From the NCBI GenBank assembly GCA_020160975.1, contig JAIUPJ010000001.1:390001-422000 (forward strand): a DNA stretch of 32,000 bases, written 5' to 3'. Under the pieces are notes generated by a model, which was not told the DNA's origin, did no database searches, and saw only the letters and a program-made list of their open reading frames with translations. The stretch's first letter is position 1, and each line of letters starts with the position of its first letter. Below are positions 28,620-32,000 of this stretch, piece by piece. A program made the translations under genes and the position numbers. Source of the stretch: Candidatus Saccharimonadota bacterium (GTDB taxonomy: Bacteria > Patescibacteriota > Saccharimonadia > Saccharimonadales > Saccharimonadaceae).

Positions 28620-30664
28620 TAGTCACTTTCTACGTAGACACGATTAACGTTTATCTGTACGGCAGCTGCGGTGCCACCGTTATTCATATACTGGTGATGC
28701 GTCAGTAGTGCAGTGCTCGAAGGCATGTCAGTTGATATAGTACCGCTAGTAGAGGCGCCCGTGTCGAGTCGTTGCACACGATACCCAATACTGCTCCCGT
28801 TCGCCGCAGCGTACAGTATGAGCTCATAGACGGCATCTATGTTGTTCGTGGGGAAATTTGCACCGAGATCAATCTTTGTAGCAGTACCCGCAGCGTCGTT
28901 ATGCATAATCTGCAGATTAGCGTCGGCGCTGTCCCAACCAACACCGAGCATATTAACTATAGCTGATGGGTTGATTGATGTAGACGTCGCGCCCGTGGTC
29001 GCAGTTAACCCGCTAAAGAGCCTCTGGTTGGCAGTCGTTGTCGAAGTGCTAAAGCGTGAAGCATAAAAGAATCCGCCCAAGCCTGCCGCATTACCTCGCC
29101 ATACCAGCGGTGCGGTAGAGCGTAATTCTGCGGCAGCGTTTGCTGTCGTCGCACTAGACACCCTAACCCGGCGCATCGAATTAGCCAGGTTAGTAGTAGT
29201 AATCGCCGGTGTCGAAGCTGTTCCCACTGTCGTGTTCGGCATGCCAAGTGTGTTTATCGTGGTACCGGTACTTGGCAGTAGTATTGCAATATTATTTGCA
29301 AACAATGCTGGCTGGTACGGGGTATCCAAGCCTGAGGGCCCAACAGATTTAAGTATCATTCTTCCGGCAATCTCTTTGGCGTAGATTTTCATACTACCAG
29401 CAGTGGGTACAGAGGGTTCATCTGTAACAGCAGCCATCTGAAGGCTGCCCGAAGCAATGTCAACGCCTATGTCAAAACCGCCAGCCACCTTCAGCCCTAT
29501 CTCCGTACCTGCGCCTGGCGTCGTTGGTCCCTCTATTTTGATGCCATACGCAGAAACGCCGCTCGCTGGACCAGTTGCATCGGCAACGATTCTCAGCCCC
29601 GACCACTCGCTCAGTGCGGTCGTACCTGGCACGAAGTCAACACGCATTCCAGCGCCCTCAATATCCCCTGCGCCACCAGCGTATTTGACATCGATACCAT
29701 TGACGTTATCAGCTGTTACAGCCTGTCCTGTATTGTCGACCGTAAAAAGACTCGACGTCGGCGCAGCACCGGCGGCGACTCGCACACCCTTGGCAGCAGT
29801 TGTCGTGATGGTTGCTGGGCTTGTCGAGCTGTCATATGCCTGCTGAAGCGTGCTACCCCCGCCGCTACCTATACAATCTGTCCAAGCGCCAGCCTGATAG
29901 CAGCGGAATTTGTTGTTGGTGGAGTTATAGTACATGGCGCCATTCGTTGATGTCGCACCCGCTCCAGGGTCACTGGCGTTGCTATCCATGACAAGCACCT
30001 GAGCAGCTGCATCAGCTGCACCGATTTTGACGACAGCATTTGTCGTATCCACAGTAAATAGCGATGAACTATTGCCGACCGTGAAAGCAGCCGTGCTGTT
30101 GGTCGTGACACCAAGCGTGCCAGTAAACACCGAGTTCGATCCGAGCTGTGCAAACGCCCCACTATCAAGTCCATCCAACGTATCAGAGTTAAATGCATAG
30201 GACGAGCTGCCAAGCTTGTTGCGGGGAGACATGGGGCCTTCAGAGTAGGCTTCGCAGGCGGCAGTTGTACAGGTGGCAGTCGCGGGGGTTGGGAGTTCTA
30301 TCTCAAAGTAGAGAGCATTGGCATTGTTGAAGAGAGTTGGCGAAAGACTAGAGACATCACCCAGCTGGACACTAAAGAGCCCGCCCGTGGTAACGGTCAC
30401 GCCAGTAGTTGCAGAGTTTGCTCGTTGCTCGCTCCAGAGGAGTGTGCCAGCGCTCGCAGCATCGTAGAGACGGAACTTCATATTGTAGGTGCCAGGAGCC
30501 ATTGGGTTGCCTGAGACATCGTTAATACGACCTTGAAAGTTAAGTTTGTAGGGAATGGATTGGAGGGCAGAGGAGGGAGTGCCATGCACAAACAACACTA
30601 AGCCAGCACACAAGGCTGGTAGCGCAAAAAACATCAGTCGTCGATTTCGCACGCCGTTGGTCAC
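28616..30664 (-). CDS. secreted tail-fibre-like surface protein
   Basis: 682-aa ORF with a GTG start and the signal peptide MTNGVRNRRLMFFALPALCAGLVLFVHG. The N-terminal module IPYKLNFQGRINDVSGNPMAPGTYNMKFRLYDAASAGTLLWSE...GLFSVQLG is typical of tail-fibre and surface-fibre proteins. It is Thr/Ser/Ala/Gly-rich and beta-rich throughout, with two Cys pairs. Confidence 0.7.
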   Translation of the reverse strand: MTNGVRNRRLMFFALPALCAGLVLFVHGTPSSALQSIPYKLNFQGRINDVSGNPMAPGTYNMKFRLYDAASAGTLLWSEQRANSATTGVTVTTGGLFSVQLGDVSSLSPTLFNNANALYFEIELPTPATATCTTAACEAYSEGPMSPRNKLGSSSYAFNSDTLDGLDSGAFAQLGSNSVFTGTLGVTTNSTAAFTVGNSSSLFTVDTTNAVVKIGAADAAAQVLVMDSNASDPGAGATSTNGAMYYNSTNNKFRCYQAGAWTDCIGSGGGSTLQQAYDSSTSPATITTTAAKGVRVAAGAAPTSSLFTVDNTGQAVTADNVNGIDVKYAGGAGDIEGAGMRVDFVPGTTALSEWSGLRIVADATGPASGVSAYGIKIEGPTTPGAGTEIGLKVAGGFDIGVDIASGSLQMAAVTDEPSVPTAGSMKIYAKEIAGRMILKSVGPSGLDTPYQPALFANNIAILLPSTGTTINTLGMPNTTVGTASTPAITTTNLANSMRRVRVSSATTANAAAELRSTAPLVWRGNAAGLGGFFYASRFSTSTTTANQRLFSGLTATTGATSTSINPSAIVNMLGVGWDSADANLQIMHNDAAGTATKIDLGANFPTNNIDAVYELILYAAANGSSIGYRVQRLDTGASTSGTISTDMPSSTALLTHHQYMNNGGTAAAVQINVNRVYVESDY

Positions 30665-30728
30665 TTGCCCCTTTCCGATATACTACTCACTCCACACCAT
30701 CGTCAATGTATAGTGTGGCTCAATTGTA

Positions 30729-30757
30729 ACTATACCGCTTATGTCATCACTTTTCAA
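30729..30757 (-). promoter_or_regulatory. internal promoter TTGAAA-N17-TATAGT ahead of the 682-aa gene
   Basis: The -35 element TTGAAA is at 30757-30752 and overlaps the stop of the upstream gene. It is followed by a 17-nt spacer and the -10 element TATAGT at 30734-30729. Confidence 0.45.
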
Positions 30758-31611
30758 CGGGCAGTGGCGCGCTGACGGCGCAATCTACGCACGAGCACTC
30801 CGCCCGCACCAACGGCAACTGTTGCAGTAATCGGTAACAACCAGCGCCAATAGCCTGTGATGGCAAAAAAATATGTCGACTTCTCCCCTGTTTCGGCGTG
30901 GGCAGTTAATTTAATTACCCCTAGGTAATCTCCCTGTTGACGATAGTCAACACTTCGCGCTCGGCCTGCAAACACCAAAGGACCTTCGATTGTCTTTGTC
31001 GTATACGGCCAAACATTAACAACAATCTGCGGGTAATACCCCGTTGACTGCCTTGGATCGGCCATATTTTTGACCACAAACGAAGCAGTGAGTGCGTCAC
31101 CAATCTGAAATGGCGATGCGGCCAGCGAAGCAATGGTAGCTTTGCGGTCTGTTGAGGCGCCATTTACTATCGATAGAAGCGTCCCAACCCTTACTGATGA
31201 CTGCGCGCCCTCAACCTGCTGGGGCTGAGTAGAAGCAAAAATTGCCGCAAATACCTCACCTGACGGCAACTTACTGCTATCAATCGAAAAGGCGAGATGC
31301 AGGGTTTCGCGTGGACCTAATTCCGCTTCAGTATAATCAAGCATCACACCTTTACTGACTTGTTCATCATCAAAAAATTCGAGATTCCCTTCGTCGTCTA
31401 TTTGTCGAAACGCCTGCACCGTAAGCTTCAGCTTAACCGCGCTACCGCTAGGATTTGCAATATCAACAAAGCCTTTTTTACTCTCACGTTTTACTAACGT
31501 TGCATTGTAGTGAAGTGGTGTGATACGCAAAGAATCAGCAAAGGCACTGTGTCCCGGCAAAAGACCGCCAGCAATCATCCCAAGCACCGCCATCAGCCAC
31601 CACACTCTCAC
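30754..31611 (-). CDS. secreted two-domain beta protein with C-terminal membrane anchor (DUF916/DUF3324-like, chaperone-like)
   Basis: 285-aa ORF with a GTG start and a signal peptide ending SAFA/D. It has two beta-rich halves (LRITPLHYNATL...VKLKLTVQAF; VRVGTLLSIVNG...) and a C-terminal TM segment plus basic stop-transfer (WRWLLPITATVAVGAGGVLVRRLRRQRATAR). Confidence 0.6.
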   Translation of the reverse strand: MRVWWLMAVLGMIAGGLLPGHSAFADSLRITPLHYNATLVKRESKKGFVDIANPSGSAVKLKLTVQAFRQIDDEGNLEFFDDEQVSKGVMLDYTEAELGPRETLHLAFSIDSSKLPSGEVFAAIFASTQPQQVEGAQSSVRVGTLLSIVNGASTDRKATIASLAASPFQIGDALTASFVVKNMADPRQSTGYYPQIVVNVWPYTTKTIEGPLVFAGRARSVDYRQQGDYLGVIKLTAHAETGEKSTYFFAITGYWRWLLPITATVAVGAGGVLVRRLRRQRATAR

Positions 31612-32000
31612 GGCAGCATCGTCCCTGTCACGGTCACAATATTGGTATATATACCCGCTGCTTGCGTACTGGTCACATCAAGCTTGAGCTTTAGCCCAAG
31701 CACATCCTTCACGCCAACCCCAGTTCGCGAGTACACCGTTGTTGCCGTACCTGGCAAGGCAGCGTAGGCGTTTCCCGCACTCCATTTTCCGTCGATCGCC
31801 GTTGCGTTCGTGCTAGCCAGACTGAACCCAAGACCTTTTGTAGTGCCTTCGCTCCATGTCGTAGGGCTTGCAACGGTTGAAGAAATTGCAGGGATTGTGT
31901 TTGGGCCACTGGTAAGATTTTGATTTTGCTGGATTGCCACGCTGTAGTTCGAAGCATCTGTACGAACAATGGCATCAAACGAAACCGCCTGTGACGAACC
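31608..32000 (-). CDS. partial (5'-truncated by window edge) secreted WxL-like protein
   Basis: The frame is open from the window edge (...GSSQAVSFDAIVRTDASNYSVAIQQNQNLTSG...). It ends ...DVTSTQAAGIYTNIVTVTGTMLP. Its stop codon overlaps the downstream GTG start in GTGA (31608-31611). Confidence 0.6.
   Translation of the reverse strand, partial: GSSQAVSFDAIVRTDASNYSVAIQQNQNLTSGPNTIPAISSTVASPTTWSEGTTKGLGFSLASTNATAIDGKWSAGNAYAALPGTATTVYSRTGVGVKDVLGLKLKLDVTSTQAAGIYTNIVTVTGTMLP

Overview
This 32-kb window comes from a compact, gene-dense bacterial chromosome that uses the standard genetic code (TGA, TAA and TAG all end well-supported genes). I call 35 well-supported protein genes plus three candidate small ORFs. 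All but four of the solid genes (hpt, the Ig/C39-like gene, the PIG-L deacetylase, rpsT) are on the minus strand, and most spacers are under 100 nt.

The backbone is housekeeping: tlyA, efp, rpsF-ssb-rpsR, ftsK, rnj, family-4 UDG, pnp, hpt, rpsO, truB, rpsT, holA, fpg. I saw no rRNA, tRNA, CRISPR array, transposase or integrase. The protein style includes many N-terminally anchored exoproteins, low-complexity tails on housekeeping proteins and a tail-fibre-like surface protein. This suggests a Gram-positive-type, possibly Saccharibacteria/CPR-like reduced genome. That is inference only; no search was run.

Items most worth a second look:
1. A minus-strand surface operon at 27.8-32.0 kb. It encodes a WxL-like secreted subunit (cut by the window edge), a DUF916/DUF3324-like C-terminally anchored two-domain protein, a 682-aa tail-fibre-like exoprotein and two bitopic proteins. 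It is a candidate surface fibre or adhesin assembly module.
2. A tightly packed minus-strand cluster at 15.5-18.3 kb. It encodes a GreA-like factor overlapping an ASCH protein, two GNATs, a promoter-driven 33-codon ORF and a FusB/FBP-type zinc-finger protein.
3. A GC-rich structured spacer of about 150 nt (24.28-24.45 kb) between two divergent promoters, a candidate ncRNA.
4. A recurrent TATACT-like -10 box 6-9 nt upstream of many start codons, implying leaderless mRNAs. One palindromic box is shared by two divergent genes.
5. Unusual variants of housekeeping proteins: Arg-tip EF-P, S20 with a Lys/Ala tail, a degenerate DHH protein with a Pro-rich tail, and RNase J with terminal extensions.
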